Translations under genes and position numbers: made by a program | Shown here: one piece after another, positions 47,401-62,400 of the stretch | Layout of the letters: the number at the start of each line of letters is the position of its first letter | How positions within the stretch are numbered: position 1 is the first letter of the stretch | NCBI GenBank assembly: GCA_040954595.2 | Contig: CM082587.2 | Location: 6,809,705 to 6,873,704 of the forward strand | Direction of reading: 5' to 3' | Length of the DNA: 64,000 nucleotides | Source: Balanoglossus misakiensis | Lineage: Eukaryota; Animalia; Hemichordata | Notes under the pieces: generated by a model | Told to the model about the DNA's origin: nothing | The model's database searches: none | Seen by the model: the letters and a program-made list of their open reading frames with translations, nothing else

Positions 47401-50400
47401 TATATAGTGAATCAATGTTCAACCACACACCTTCCATCCCACTTGTAGGATATGAGAGTAAAAATCTTGCCAAAATGAATAAATGGTAGAGACTGATTAT
47501 TTATTTTAGTGTGATGCAAAGTGATGGCATAAAAATTGATTTGCAGCTTTGCAGTGACTGGGTGGCTAATAATGTTAGTAATCTTTGCTTGACTTTCTAG
47601 CCTCAAACACTGGAGCTGCGCAGACGCTGAACGCTGCGGCCCTGATGATCGGTGGCGTGGACACCGTTGCCACGGTTACTCAGCCGTTCCCTGTAAACGC
47701 CTTGACGTCGCTCCGAGGCTGCATCATGGAACTGCGATTTATCGTGTACAGCATCGCTCCGGAACCGCCGGAGTTGTTGAACTTTGACACGCAGGTGGCC
47801 AATGAAAGGTACTGAGAAACGTTTTTGGTCTTTAATATCTAGTTGACAGCGCAATATACTGTAAAACACTTTATTTTCGCGAGTCGAAATTTTCGCGATA
47901 TCGAGAGAGGCCAATGTTTCGCGAGTATTAATTTTCGCGTTCTCTTATTTCATTCACTGCATCGCTATCTTCAAAAAAAATTTACGCGACTTTTTATGTT
48001 CACGCTATTTTGGCTCTCGCGTATTTCGCGAAAAATTTATTGCTCGCGAAAATAAAGTGTTTTACAGTATCTACAGTATGTTGGGATGTATATCAATTTT
48101 TAATAATTCTGAAATAATAATGAATACTCAACCATCATTATTCCATGTGCATGCGTGATATTCCAGTCAATGATTTGTTTGACTGTAGAAAGAGATGGAT
48201 TTATCATTTTTGCTATCAATATTTGCAAATCTATTTTTCCTTTGCCAGAATTTATGACCCATACTCTTTTTTTCTATTAGGAAGTTTCTTTCAACAAACA
48301 CACTAAGTGTACACTATGAATATTTAAGATACAGTTGAAAATGAAACCACATCTGGTTTGGTATGAGGGTTTATACATTGACTTGTTGCTATAGAAGCAG
48401 TAGGGCCACATTGAATTTTTTTTATGGTGAACTGACTGAGTCTTGTCGTTTTCTCCTCTCAGGGCTGTATCCCATGGGGGTTGTTTCCCTTCCGAGGTGT
48501 GCCAGCCGGCATGCTCAGTTCCGTCTCAAGTCTGTAACTTTGTGTGTCAGTGCGCACCTGGGTTTTACACTTTCGGAACAATCCCATTGGTTTGCATGAA
48601 CATAGACGACTGTTCACCCAACCCCTGTCTGAACGGAGCCACCTGTATCGACGGAATCCAAGATTATACCTGCCAGTGTACGCTACAATTCAACAAAGGT
48701 AGGAATTTCCTTCAGTTTATGTCAGTGAATTTTTTTTTCAAAGAATAAGCGGCCATATTTTCATTTTTTTGCTTATGTATTAGCTGCACTTTTCCCATTC
48801 TACTCCTGAAATTCTGCCTGTGGTTTATGCAGGCAAACTGATGATGGCAGTAAGACTTCAATGTCATTATTAAAGTCAGCCTTATCAGTGATCTGTCAGT
48901 CAATTTAACATACTTCTTGAGTATTCAATAACAATGTGATGACCTCATTATTCCTGTGAAGTCCACAAACACTGCACTGAGTGAAATCATAATAAACACA
49001 TACCTTCAATTAGTGTCTGGCACCACAGTGTGGTTTCATCAACTTAAGACAGTTGACATGTAGGGAATCCATCCTGAAAGAATGTCTGTCTCTGCCAAGG
49101 ATTCCTTCCTAACGGCAACTCAGTAACATGTACAAACACATTCCTGGTGGTGGACCTTAAGTCTATTGTTATGTCTGGGTTGACACCTATTGTCCCATTG
49201 TTGCGCTTCTTAAAGGTGTCTGTTGACACACCCCCCACACTGAATGGCTTGACCCAAGCAGTCGGCCATTTTGAATATTCAAGTGCCAATTAACGGGGGC
49301 TCTGAAAGTGTTTGAAATGGAAAGTGTATTATAGTTGGCTGACTTGAGGTGGTGTAGATATGAGGTTAGATTTGACATACGCTGATAGGTAGCCAGAAAT
49401 CTTAGCTATGGGGAGATTGCTGTTGTCATGGATATTCTGCTCTGCCATCTTGTTTGTGGTATTTCCAGGTGAGTTATTCCGAACACCTGTTGCCATTTTT
49501 TTTTCCTCGCCATTTCTTGACATTTCTGATCTGGCCAGGTCCACCATGGCGTCCAGAGTTACAATAACAGACTGTGGGTGTGTGTGCATATAGCTTTGTG
49601 ACCTATCCAATATAATGCTGCTTGTTATAATGCTACAGTTGCCATGGTAACTCTTTCTTGTTGAGCGTGACTGCCTTGAATTTGCTGTTAATCTGAGTGA
49701 AGACAGGGTCACTCTAAATATGTTGAAAATAAGTACTAACCTTGATTTCTTAATTCCCAACATTGAGCATATCGGTTTCCGTTTGGGTCGTACATTTTGG
49801 CGTTTTTTAAATTTAAAGAAGTGCAAATTTTTCCTTGTCAGGAAAATGCCCATTTTCTTCCATACAGCTTATTGATAGTATATCATAGCAAATTCATTAT
49901 TATAGCAGCTAAAAATCGTTGGTTTTGAGATTAAGACCAAGGTCTATTTGTCTGTCACTCAGTTACAAGACATAATTGTGAAAATGCCACATGGTTGTCA
50001 TGGCAATATCTTCCTGCCTTTAGTGCACATGTTCTATGCATGTACAATTACACACATTTAATTCACATGCTGTTAGTAATGATGTGTGAATGCTGGGAAG
50101 GAGTATTGATTTCTTTTGTTATCAATCTTATATAGCTGGAAAAAAAAGCTTGATTGTACAGCTTTTGGGATAATTATAATATTCATTGCAGGAGTATTCT
50201 TGATAATAATGCTGATAACAAAATAAATTGTATGTTGAAATATACTGATGTTAATTCTGTCAATCTTGCAAGAACAATTTAACCGTTGCTAATATCTAAA
50301 TTATCAATGTCTGCTATTGTCTTTTATCAGGTTTTATTTTTGTATGTTGTTTCAGATATTTCTGTGAGCACCATTGAATTATTTACTTTTATCACCCAAA

Positions 50401-53400
50401 TTGCTACATTCTCTGTGGTCTTTTCTCCCTTAATATACCGACTGCAGCAATTCTCAAAATGCAATGAAATACCAAAAACACATTCATAGACAGTGTAATT
50501 TGTGTTCAAATTTTGATACTGGTAATACCAGTGCCTGACAAAATATGAATGGTTTGACTTTGCAACAAATATTTATTCTGCTTTTTCCTCAGGAAAAAAT
50601 TGCCAGTTTCCCAACAACTGCATACCGAACCAGTGTCAGAACGGAGCCACATGCAACGATTTCGTTGGTGGATACAACTGTAGCTGTGCAGATGGTTACA
50701 CAGGGCAGTTCTGCGAGGTGGAAATTGATGAATGTGAGAGTAATCCGTGTCAGCACAACTCAATATGCCAGGACAGGGTGGCTGGTTATGTCTGTGTTTG
50801 CACTGCTGGTAAGATAGGAATTTATTTCTTGATAATTTCATTAAAGTAGACAGTAAGAGTTGAATCAATTCAAGGTTTTGCTGCGCAAAGACTGTGGTCT
50901 CTCTTTCACTTTAAACCTTTCCGGTCTTCAAGTAAGAAGTCTGAAGTATGTAACAATATTGTAATTTTTCAACCAAATCATGTTGTGTTTTGCTCATTGA
51001 CATACCTATGAAATTGACAGGGATGTATTCCCTTGCAAATCTTCAATCGTTTCAATGAAAGAGAAAATATCTTCTGATTATTGTTGCATGTTTCTTTATA
51101 AACAGCTTTGGTGTCCCAAAACCAAAATAATATCATGCAATATGGTACCGGTATTGTTGGCCTTTGAAAATCTCGTGACATTTAGCAGAATGAGAAATAA
51201 CATTGGCAACATGGGTAATTCGTTCCATCTTGTTGCCTGCATTTTTGATTTGACTTTGAATGCGATTCCTTTTCAGGTTTCACTGGAGCTGACTGTGAAA
51301 TCAACATTGATGAATGTGTGTCCAATCCGTGTCTGAACGGTGCTACTTGCAACGATATTGTTAACGCCTATTTCTGCACCTGTGCATCTGGTTGGCAGGG
51401 TAAGTTGGCCAATCGGCACTAAGCATTTGTCTTTGTGTTGTTCACTAACTTCAAAAATGTCCTGTTGCTGCAAGAAAACTGAAAATTGATAGAGTTATAT
51501 TTGTCTTATCTAAACACTGTTAATAATTCACTGAGTTTTTTCTCGGAGTGCCAAAATTCATTCAAAACCAAAATTTTTGTTTGATCATGACATTTATGAT
51601 ACGTGAAGATACTGTAACAGTAATTTTCAGCTGAGTTATATTCCTTTGTGGAAAAACCCAGACGATGAACTACTTGAAAGACTGACATTCTAATGAGAAA
51701 CAAAAGCCTGCAATTTGTTGATCAAAAGTTAAATGAACCACGTCCAAGAATGTGTCCCCCCTTAATTAGCCCTCAAGCTGTTACCCCCTGCAACTCTGTG
51801 TATGATTCCAACCATACCATTGTCAAAAACAAATCAGGTTATACCAATTAGTGGTAATGAGGGGTGGAATGTCTGAGGAGATCAGCATGGTGTTATAATA
51901 ATAAAACCATAGAACTGTGTTATACGATTTATCATGCATGCAGTGCTTGTTAAATAGAAATGTGTTTCAGACCAACTCAACATTTATTAAAATTTGACAA
52001 TTGCATTCGTCAACATTAAAGAAGGAAATATGGGAATGTGATCATACGAAGATAATATAGATTTGTCAGAATGCTTGCAAAATGTAAAAAAGTGTTTTAT
52101 ATCAACATGGATAGTTTTTATTGGTACAAAAGTTCTAGATTGATTCAGAGTCTGTACTGTGTCTGTTACCAGGTGTTCACTGCTCTAGCAACATCGACGA
52201 GTGTCTCTCTGGCCCCTGCGTAAATGGCGCCACCTGTATGGACCTGACCAATGCCTACTTCTGCCAGTGCGCACCTGGGTGGGAGGGCGACCGCTGCGAG
52301 CTGGACATCGACGAGTGCGCCTTGGGATACTGCAAGAACGGCGCCGGATGCAGCCATGGGATAAACACCTACCAGTGCGTGTGTACGGCCGGGTGGACGG
52401 GACAGAACTGCGACGTGAACATCGATGAGTGCGTCTCGCAGCCGTGTCAGAACGGAGCTGTGTGTGTGGACGGTGTCGCGGGGTACACCTGCCAGTGCCC
52501 ACCTGGGTAAGCTCAACAAAGTCAATGTACCGGTTGTGCCACAATTCAGGCCTTGTCACTAAGCACTTCAATAAGTAGATTTAATATAATATATATGAGA
52601 GTCCATACTGTCCCAGAAAATCCTAGATTTTTTTTTAAATTTTAGAAATGAAATTCATTACCGTTAAATCCTGCATAATCGATTCAACCACTGTGTTGCT
52701 GAAAATCTTTGTCTACCATACTGTTTTTGCTTTCCTGCTCAGGTAATTTATTGTATATTTTATTAATATTAAATTATTAATTTTTATTTTTTCATCCTTA
52801 TTACAGATTTACTGGTTTACATTGCCAGATAGACATTGATGAGTGTGCATCATATCCATGTAGGAACGGGGGGACGTGTCAAGACAGGATTAACGCATTT
52901 TATTGTACGTGCCCGCTTGCGTGGATGGGACCACAGTGTAATATCGAGGTCAACGAGTGTGCGTCCAACCCGTGTCTGAACAATGGTGCCTGTAATGATT
53001 ACATCGGATATTACACGTGTACATGCCGGTCGGGCTTTCAAGGAATCTATTGTCAGATTGATGTCGATGAGTGTGCTAGTTTTCCGTGTCGGAACGGCGG
53101 TACGTGCGTGGACGGTGCTAATAGTTACGCCTGCGTTTGCCCCGGCGGGTACGTCGGCGGAGTCTGCGAGACCGAGGTGGACGAGTGCGCTTCTAGTCCG
53201 TGCACCAACCAGGCGACGTGCGTGGATAGAGTGAACGGCTACACCTGCGAGTGCCGGCCGGGGTACACAGGACCGAACTGCGACCAGGACGTCGACGAGT
53301 GCCAGTCGGAGCCGTGCCTGAACGGCGCTACGTGCTTCAATCTCATCAACGCTGTCGTGTGCAGCTGCCGGGCGGGGTTCTCGGGGACGTACTGCGAGGT

Positions 53401-56400
53401 CAACATCGACGAGTGCCTGGTCTTCAACCAGTGCCGCAACGGGGCCACCTGCGTCGACGCGGTGAACTCCTACACCTGCCAGTGCCCGCCCGGCTGGGAG
53501 GGGACCTTCTGCGAGAGGGACGTCGACGAGTGCCTCTCCGACCCCTGCCAGAACGGCGGCACCTGCGCAGACGCGACCAACGGCTTCTCCTGCGCCTGTC
53601 CCAGCAACTACCAGGGTCCGACCTGTCAGCTGGACGTCAATGAATGCCTGACAATCAGTCCCTGCAACCCCGACCACACAGCCTATTGTGAGAATACCTA
53701 CGGAAGCTATCGCTGTGTTTGCAGACAAGGTAGGTATTCTGTGGCTGTTTATGAAGCAGTATTTAAATCAAATATGTGGAACTTATTGAATAGTTCTTTA
53801 ATTAATTAACCTACATGTACATTGCAAATGTACCAGTGTTTCTTTGTTATAGTAGAAACTCAAAATGTCTGCCAGCGCAATGTTAATTCTATGGAGAAAA
53901 TTTAATTTTAAAGTGATTCTTCTGAAAACAAGGCAGTGAGCACCAAGTTTTCTTTTTTGTCTGTAAAAAGACTCCTTATACACATATATGTCAAATAATT
54001 GAAAGATGTGTGGAGGACTATTGTTTTTCTAAAAATCTGTTGCCAAGGCACTACAGTTCAATACATGTATTGGGAAAACTGGCCACCCTTCTATTGACTC
54101 ATGGAGGTTTCTTTGTTGGTTGTTTTGTTTTGTGCAGGTTTTGAAGGATTCAATTGTGAGATTGACGTAGATGAATGTCTGAGTGACCCGTGTTATTTCG
54201 GCGGCACCTGCATCGACCATGAGAACGGCTACACGTGTCAGTGTCAGGATGGTTTCATTGGACCGAATTGTGAGGCGGTGATCAGAAGTTGTCCGTTCAA
54301 TCCATGTGGTCTACATGCAGTCTGTGTGGAACAACCAACGGGTATGTCTTTTAAATCTTTTCATTTTCACAAATTCCACCTTGGAAATGATATTTGCAAT
54401 ACTTTCACTTTTTTTTGCTTTTGTTGGCTTTTGCCATTGTCTTCTCTCCATGCTCACTGGATCTGCAGTCAGACCTCTTGTCTAAAAACGTTCCTTTGTA
54501 TTTGCAATGTGTTTTATTTCTCTTCACAGGTGGCTTTACCTGTTACTGTCAGCCTGGTTACTATGGCGACCAATGCGAGATGGACGCGAACGAGTGTGGA
54601 TCGAATCCGTGTTTCAATGGCGGCATCTGCAATGACATGATCAATGCATACAACTGCACGTGCCCAAAAGGTAATGGTCAACCTAGACTGGTTCCCTTTA
54701 CAAGTGGTGGCGCCGCAGTATTCTCCAATCTGAAATAATGTGATGACTGGATAAAATGGCAACGAACTTGCTATGTCAGGACTCATTGCATTATTCATGG
54801 AGCTGCCCAAAGCCTGGTTTATCAAGTGCAGGTTTCATAACATGAAAATTGGCTGAATATAAAATTGATTGGCAAATATAGTAAACGATTTCTAGTACAA
54901 CAAGCATTTCTAGTTTTTGATGTGATGATTTGCATCTTCCCTGATCTTTCACTCATTAATTTTGCGTTGTGTTTATTATCGTGACTCTTAAGGTTACTCG
55001 GGGACACGCTGTGAAATCGACATCAACGAATGTGACAGTAATCCTTGCCAGAATGGCGCCCTCTGTAGTCAGGTTGTGGCCGACGCCTACCAGTGCATCT
55101 GTCAGCCGGGTTACAGTGGTTTGAATTGTGAGGTGGACATTGATGAGTGTGCGACGGCACCGTGCCAGGCGCATCAGATATGCAGGGACATGGTCAACGG
55201 ATACATGTAAGTTCAGTGTCAAGGTTCATGAACTTCTTCGGTGTGACATTGTCTTTGAAATCCTTCCTCGGAAAGATCTCAGAAAAATATAGCTGGAGAA
55301 AAATATACATTTACAGCCATTCTTGAATATGAATGTTTATCAACAATTATCCAATGCTATTGTAAAATGTAAAAACTTTTGACGGAAAAATGGCATTCAC
55401 ATAGACATACATTTTGTAAAGTACCTCAAACAGGGTGATTCTGTATAGTAGGCATAGACATAGATGCCCTTTGGAAAGTGCGGCCTATCCTGGAACATAG
55501 TAATTAAATGTAGTATATACCGCGTAGATGTTGGTCATCAATGGAACTTTAATTGATATTTTCACCCCCCCCCCCCTCACATTTTCCCCCCACAGGTGTG
55601 AATGTCCGCAAGGTATGACCGGGGCACTCTGCGACATCTTCATCGACGATTGCCATAGCAACCCCTGTCAGAATGGCGCCACCTGTGTGGACGGCGATTT
55701 CCGCTACGACTGCATCTGTGTTTCCGGCTACACGGGCATCAACTGCGAGATCGACACCGACATCTGCGATCCCAACCCGTGCGTCCATGCTGGCACCTGT
55801 GTGAGGGCGGTATCACCCAGGAATCCGGAGCTGGGATTTACATGTTACTGTGCACCTGGTTTTACAGGTAATGATTTCAGTCGGCATCCCCCTGTAGTTG
55901 TTCATTCATTCTTTCTTAAAGAAATTTAAATTTTCCCTAAGTCCGTTTCTTTTCCATTTTGTTATTAAGGTAAAGTCATTTATGTACATTTGAATAATTT
56001 CCTAACTGGCTTTAACCTGATATTATCATTGATGTCACTAAAAGCCAACTGATATTTAGGATGAAATTATAAAAAGGTTCAGTGACAGGGATTCCTTCTT
56101 GTTCCTTCTTGAACTGGAAAAAACTGTTTGAGAATCTCTTCCTGTGACGGAAACATGAACATCACTACAATGTAACTTTAAAACCCTTCTATCACCCTTT
56201 GCTTATAACCTTTGCCTATAACCCACCCAGCTTCACTATGTTAACGTCCAAAATTCCCCTGTCTTTCTTTTACAGGTCCTCGCTGCGAGGGTGACATCTA
56301 CGAATGTCGATCCAACCCCTGTCAGCACGGGGGCACCTGCGTGGAATTCACAGACGGCACCATGGGGTACGCCTGCATCTGTATGTCTGACTACTGGGGT

Positions 56401-59400
56401 TTGAACTGCCAAATCTACAGGTACAGCTGCCTCTCCAATCCCTGCCAGCATGGCGGTCAGTGCCTGGACACAGAAGAACAAGGTGGGTCATGTATTAAAC
56501 AACACCCCGCCGAAATAACATAACGGCTCAGACCAAGACTGATCCTTACAACCTTCCCCATCTTCCATGAAAATAGCTACACTGTACATTATTTAATACC
56601 AGTATATTGAAACTTTGCATAAAACATTTTAAAAAGGCATTTTCTTTGACTGAGTTTTGCGTGATATATGACTGGTATATGACGAATATATCACAGTCAC
56701 GTGTCGTGTCTCGACCAATAAAATAGCGTGATTTACACCATCAATATACTGGTATAATATAATTACATGTATTATAGAACATGTGCTCAGCATGACAAAT
56801 TTTGAAATTCAGTTAAGTTGGCAATATTGCATGAATGACAGAATTTCTTGAAGTGTTCACCTTTGATGACATTCTGTTATACAAGTATTTAAATTGTCAT
56901 TTTATATTATTTCATTTCCATTTGAATGATGAAGTTAAATGTATTTGTCAGTCTGAGTCTATAATCACCATGTGACAGACTGTCACAGGCAATGGCAGTA
57001 CAGCACTGATGTATGACCACTGCCTGTTTTTTATTCTCAGGCTATGTTTGCACGTGCGCCTCTGGGTGGGAGGGCGTCAACTGCGAGCTGGACATCAACG
57101 AGTGCCAGCAGATCGTGCCGTGCCAGAACGGCGGCCAGTGCGTCAACTACGCGGGCACCTACCAGTGCCAGTGCCCCGACGAGTGGATGGGACTGCAGTG
57201 CGAGCTGGACTACCCGGAGTGCCAGTCGGATCCGTGTCTGAACGGCGGAGTCTGCTTAGAGCGGGTCGGCCAGCCGTTCCTGTGTAACTGCACGCAGGGG
57301 TTTACTGGGGAGAACTGCGAGATCAACATTGACGACTGCACGTCCAATCCCTGCCAGAATGGCGGGACGTGCCAGGATCTGATTGACGCGTACGTCTGCT
57401 ACTGTCAGCCAGGTTATACTGGTAAGTCTTTAATGTTCTTAATGCCACTCTAACAAAGTGTCCAAATAATCAGCAATATTGTCTTTATTTAATATAATTC
57501 GACGAACAAACCACACATCATTATACTGGCATTTCATACCTTCCAGTGCAAATTTCAAATTTGTCCATTCCATTCAAAGATTTGGCATGAAGGCAATACT
57601 ATGTCTATTGAGTGACTACACTAGTTACATCGACATACCTTCCTGATGCCATACTTTGGTGATACGCAACTTACTGGGTGGATGCATGTTCTCATGTTTC
57701 ATAAGATTATTGACGTAACTGATTATTTTGCACTTACATACATGTATTACCTGTATAATACATTTTCACTGTATTGATCAACTTTGATTGAGCAACTTTG
57801 ATTGAGTAGTTACATATCACAAGTCGACATTTGTTTTTTTTTTTGTTATTCGACGCAGGCCTTGTTTGTGAAAGCAACATTGACGAGTGCATATCAAACC
57901 CCTGTACCAACGGAGCAACTTGTCTGGATGAAGTCAATGGTTTCACGTGTCTGTGTCAGCCTGGCTTTATCGGCACTTTCTGTGAGATCGATAATGACGA
58001 GTGTGCGTTCAGTCCCTGTCAGAATGGTGCCACCTGCATTGATCAGATCAATGGCTATCTCTGTCTCTGTCCATCTGGTTTACAAGGTAAAAAAACTGCA
58101 GAATAAGATGTTTTAATATGTTATATCACAGCTGCGAGTTTTGGGGGCATCGGTGTTATAGCGCCCTCAATGGATAAATATTTGAGTGTACTTTGTTTTT
58201 ACGTTGATGTCGAGGGAATTTAATACTGTTCAGTTGAGTTTTCCATTTTTCATGACTGAATGGGTGTTCTAATTTCTTAGGACCAACATGTTCAGAGGAA
58301 GTAAACGAATGTGATTCCAGTCCGTGTCAGAATAATGCAGTCTGTGTAGACTCCTTCAATGCTTACAACTGCCTGTGTCTACCTGGATGGACTGGTAAGT
58401 CAAATGGCTGTGTGTGCAAATGTACTTTTTAGTTTTCTCAGGCTATAAGAAGTATCGTAGGTCATGTATTTTCTTTGCCAGAAAGGTCTGTCTTGTGTGA
58501 AGGACTCTGCAAAACAAAATTATGTCTATTACATTTTGTAAGAAAATCTTATAACTCAAATAATGTTTACTGAATTTGTTTAATTTCAGATCCTACCTGC
58601 AGTACCAACATCAACGACTGCAGTCCCAATCCGTGTCTGTACGGAGTGTGTAACGATTTCATCAACTATTACACGTGTACCTGTAACCTAGGATACACGG
58701 GATACAACTGCGATCAGGACATTCAGGAATGCAGTTCCAATCCCTGCAGAAATAACGGCATATGTACTGAGCCACAGCTCGGCATGTATCAGTGTACATG
58801 TCCCCAAGGTAAGTGTATGCCTAGCATCTCGGGGTCTTGAAAGACGTAGCCAGCAAAAAATATGTAGTTGTGTCGTTTTTGTCCTATGAGAAACCACTAA
58901 ACACTGGTACATCTGTTTGAGGTTGTGTGCAAGCTTTATTAGAAATTTCTTGATCCTGGCATCATTATGGGTTTATATAATATACTAATATTAATTTTGT
59001 ATTAAGCATGCAGTGTTATGTGTCAATATTGTGGTGATTTCAGTTCAGTATACCAGTGGGTTTTTATCTTACTTTTAAAAAAAGCATGACCAAACTATTG
59101 TGGGGGAAAGGTTTAAAGATAGCAGTTTATCAATTTTAATAGTTGTTCTTAGGATTGTTTCAGGTAGATGAAATAAGGATAAGGTAAACAAAAACAAATC
59201 TAACACATTTTTTAATAGTAGATGAATGATTCCACACTTTAGATGATGATTTTCATGTCTTTAAATGTGAGTTTATATGTAAGTTTTTTAACAGAGCACT
59301 ATTTCTGTTGCATTGTAGGTACAACAGGCGCCAACTGCGGTGTTGTAAACATCGCCACGTTTTCCGGTGACGGTTATCTGACGTATCCCTCCATACAAGA

Positions 59401-62400
59401 TGTGGTGCGGATGTTGGGTAACCAGGGCAACAATCGTAGGAAGAGAGAAGTGGGTGTGGACGAAGTGCTGACCATCACTATTCAATTCACAACTCCTCTG
59501 ACGGATGCTGTGATTTTGTATGCTTCTGGGGTAGGTATTGGTTTCTAGGAGAATTGTCTGTTGCTCATAGCCAGATGCTTTCTGAGAACAAAGTCATATT
59601 TTAATGTTTTTATGTCGTGTAGAATCATGGCCCTATTCAGTGGTAAACATTTTGAGTACGGGGACTGTCATTGTGCAGATATCATACTCGCTTGAACTTC
59701 AGATATGAATCCAAAGTTTTATTCATTTTTGACTGCTTTCTGAACTAAGTCATTCAAGATTGGGTTTTAACTAATAAAAGACTGCAGAGTAAAAGCTGGG
59801 CGATAAATTAGTATTATGCATGAACTAGTTTGTATTTTCACACTTTGGAAAAATACCAACAATGACGAATTAAAACATTAAAATTTTGTGTGGTCTTCAC
59901 AGAATGTGCCTAACAGTTTCTGATTGGTTGTTTACAGACACAACCAGATGGTTATCCAGATTACCTGGCCATTGAGGTGTACCAGGGCAGTCTGCGATTC
60001 TCTTTCGACGTCGGCGGGGAAACGGAGGAGGCCATTCTGGGCCAGAGTCTGAATAATCAGCTGCAGCACGCGGTGAAAGTGACCCTGATTGGTTCAACGG
60101 CCCAGGTGACGCTTGACAACCGTAACTGTGGTGTGGGCGTGTGCTCGGCGTCGCTGTCGACGACCAGGTTGGGATTTCTGAGTCTGAACGGACCGATGTA
60201 CATTGGCGGGGTCGACATGGATTCCTACTCTAGATCCAAGCTCCGAAGCAGTGGTCTGTATGTAGGCTGTTTGGAGGTAATTAATAGTTTACTTGTTTGT
60301 ATGTGTTGTAGGATGTCTATATGATTAAAATAAATACTACTGTAATAATAATTTTTTTTTTCTCTAAAGGATTTATTTAACTCTAAGGATCTTTTTGTCT
60401 GTGAAATGTGTTATTTGAGAATCCTTCCTTGCCATAATTATATGTAAAACTATGAGATTCACCAAATTCTAAAATGATCAAATGTTTCCCCCCCAGAATT
60501 TCATCCTAAACGGCAACACCATCAGTTTGGATGCGGAAACTTACTCCGACCCCTCAGCCGCGACAAGAAAGAAACGACAGGCCTCCCCAGCACCCGTTCC
60601 CGGTTGCCAGATCCAGTACGGCTGCCTGTCCAACCCGTGCCGGAACGGTGGCGAATGCGTGGAGAAGTGGGGATACTACGAGTGTAGCTGTGCCAACGGT
60701 TATAGCGGCATGCACTGTGAGATCCAAACCATGGCCACCTTCTCACCGGGGTCCTTCCTCCATTTTACGGGGACCACGTCGTACAGCAATGTAGCGCTAA
60801 GGTTTTCTGCCCAGAATGATGTGCCAAGTGATGGTGTCATCATGTACATGGTAAGAAATTAAAATTAACTTTGTGACCTACATGTGTAACATATATTCTT
60901 TTTCAAGTATAACAGGCCATTTTCGTGACCTACTCATTTCCTTGTAATTCTGTTGGCATGAATTCATCATCAACAAATACTCTATAATGGCAGCTGTAGT
61001 CAATGAACTACGTACTGAATTAACAATTTGACTTTTTTAAAGCAGTATTTTACATATTTCTTGAACCAAGGTGTCGAACTTGAAAACCCCATACCAGCAG
61101 AAAAGGATATAAGGTCATATAGGGGACATGAAAGTGACCTGTTGATTTCTATTTCGACTTTATTTCTCATGAAAATACACGTTTGAATTTTCAGCCGTCC
61201 GGCGTAGCTGTGAGTCTGATCAGTGGTGCTTTGAAGGTTCAAGTGATTGGACCGTCGGGGGTACAGAGTGTCAACATTGGCAGTGGTCTCACAAATGGCG
61301 ACTGGTATCAGCTGATGCTCTCCGTGGATTCCACTGATGCCAGGATTCTGACAACCACAAGTAAGTACTGTAAAACACTTTATTTTCGCTCGTCAAAATT
61401 TTCGCGATATCGAGAGAGGCCACTGTTTCGCGAGTATTCATTTTCGTGTTCTCTTATTTCATTCACTGCATCGTTATCTTCAAAAAAATTTACGCGACTT
61501 TTTATTTTCACGCCAATTTGGCTCTCGCATATTTCGCGAAAATTTATGGCTTGCGAAAATAAAGTGTTTTACAGTATATCCCTGTGTCATGGTCTGTTGT
61601 CAACAGTTTGAATTCGAGATAACAGCCACACACAGACTAAACGTAACACGCAATGACAGAAGTGCAGACATGCACAGGTGTTTATTGTCCAGTGATGTCA
61701 TCTGAGTCGTGCTTATAATAACGAACCGTTTTCACTCTGACTAAAATTTCAGTCGGGAGCTCAGCGGGGGATGTCTTATTTTCTCAAGTGATGTTTGCCA
61801 TCCAAGATGTCGTGCTCTCTTTACCGTTGTTCCTCGGGGAAGTTCATTCAGATCCTACCCTGGGCGCCGTCAGAAATGCTGTAGACATACAGCAAAGGTA
61901 AGTTAAGAGTTTACCTGCGTGATAATGATGTGTGGTCCTTTATATATGGCAATTGTGTCTGCATGAAAAGTATATGGTCATCTTTGTGAATTTTAAGCCA
62001 CAGTTACAACGGAAAGCTGAGATCATTAACCCCTGTTCATTCCAGCTTTGCTTAGCAGCCATGTCTTATCTACAGATGAAGTTTCCGATGCATATAGTTC
62101 ATCTGATGCATACCGGTATACACTGTTTAGTTCATCCATGGAGGTACACTAATTTTAGTACCTCCATGGTTCATCTAATGTACCCATAAACTGCATCATT
62201 GTAATAATGTAAAGAACCTTTATGCAATATATGGTTGACACTTTCGTCCTTCCATTCTAGTTTCACCGGATGCATTCGCGACATCAGTTTGGCGGGCCAG
62301 GTATTGAACTTGGGGACAGCCACGCTGTACACGCAGCTGGATCCGCTGTTTGCTGTGCCGGGATGTCCAAGGGAAGTGCTGTGTTATCAACAGCCGTGTC

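Noticed and set aside
52850-53728. 292-aa antisense ORF, and similar antisense ORFs over Gfi exon 3
   Set aside because: Shadow frames of GC3-rich coding exons.
48463-58808. EGF array as Notch or fibropellin
   Set aside because: It is flanked by LamG domains on both sides; no LNR, CUB or avidin domains are seen.
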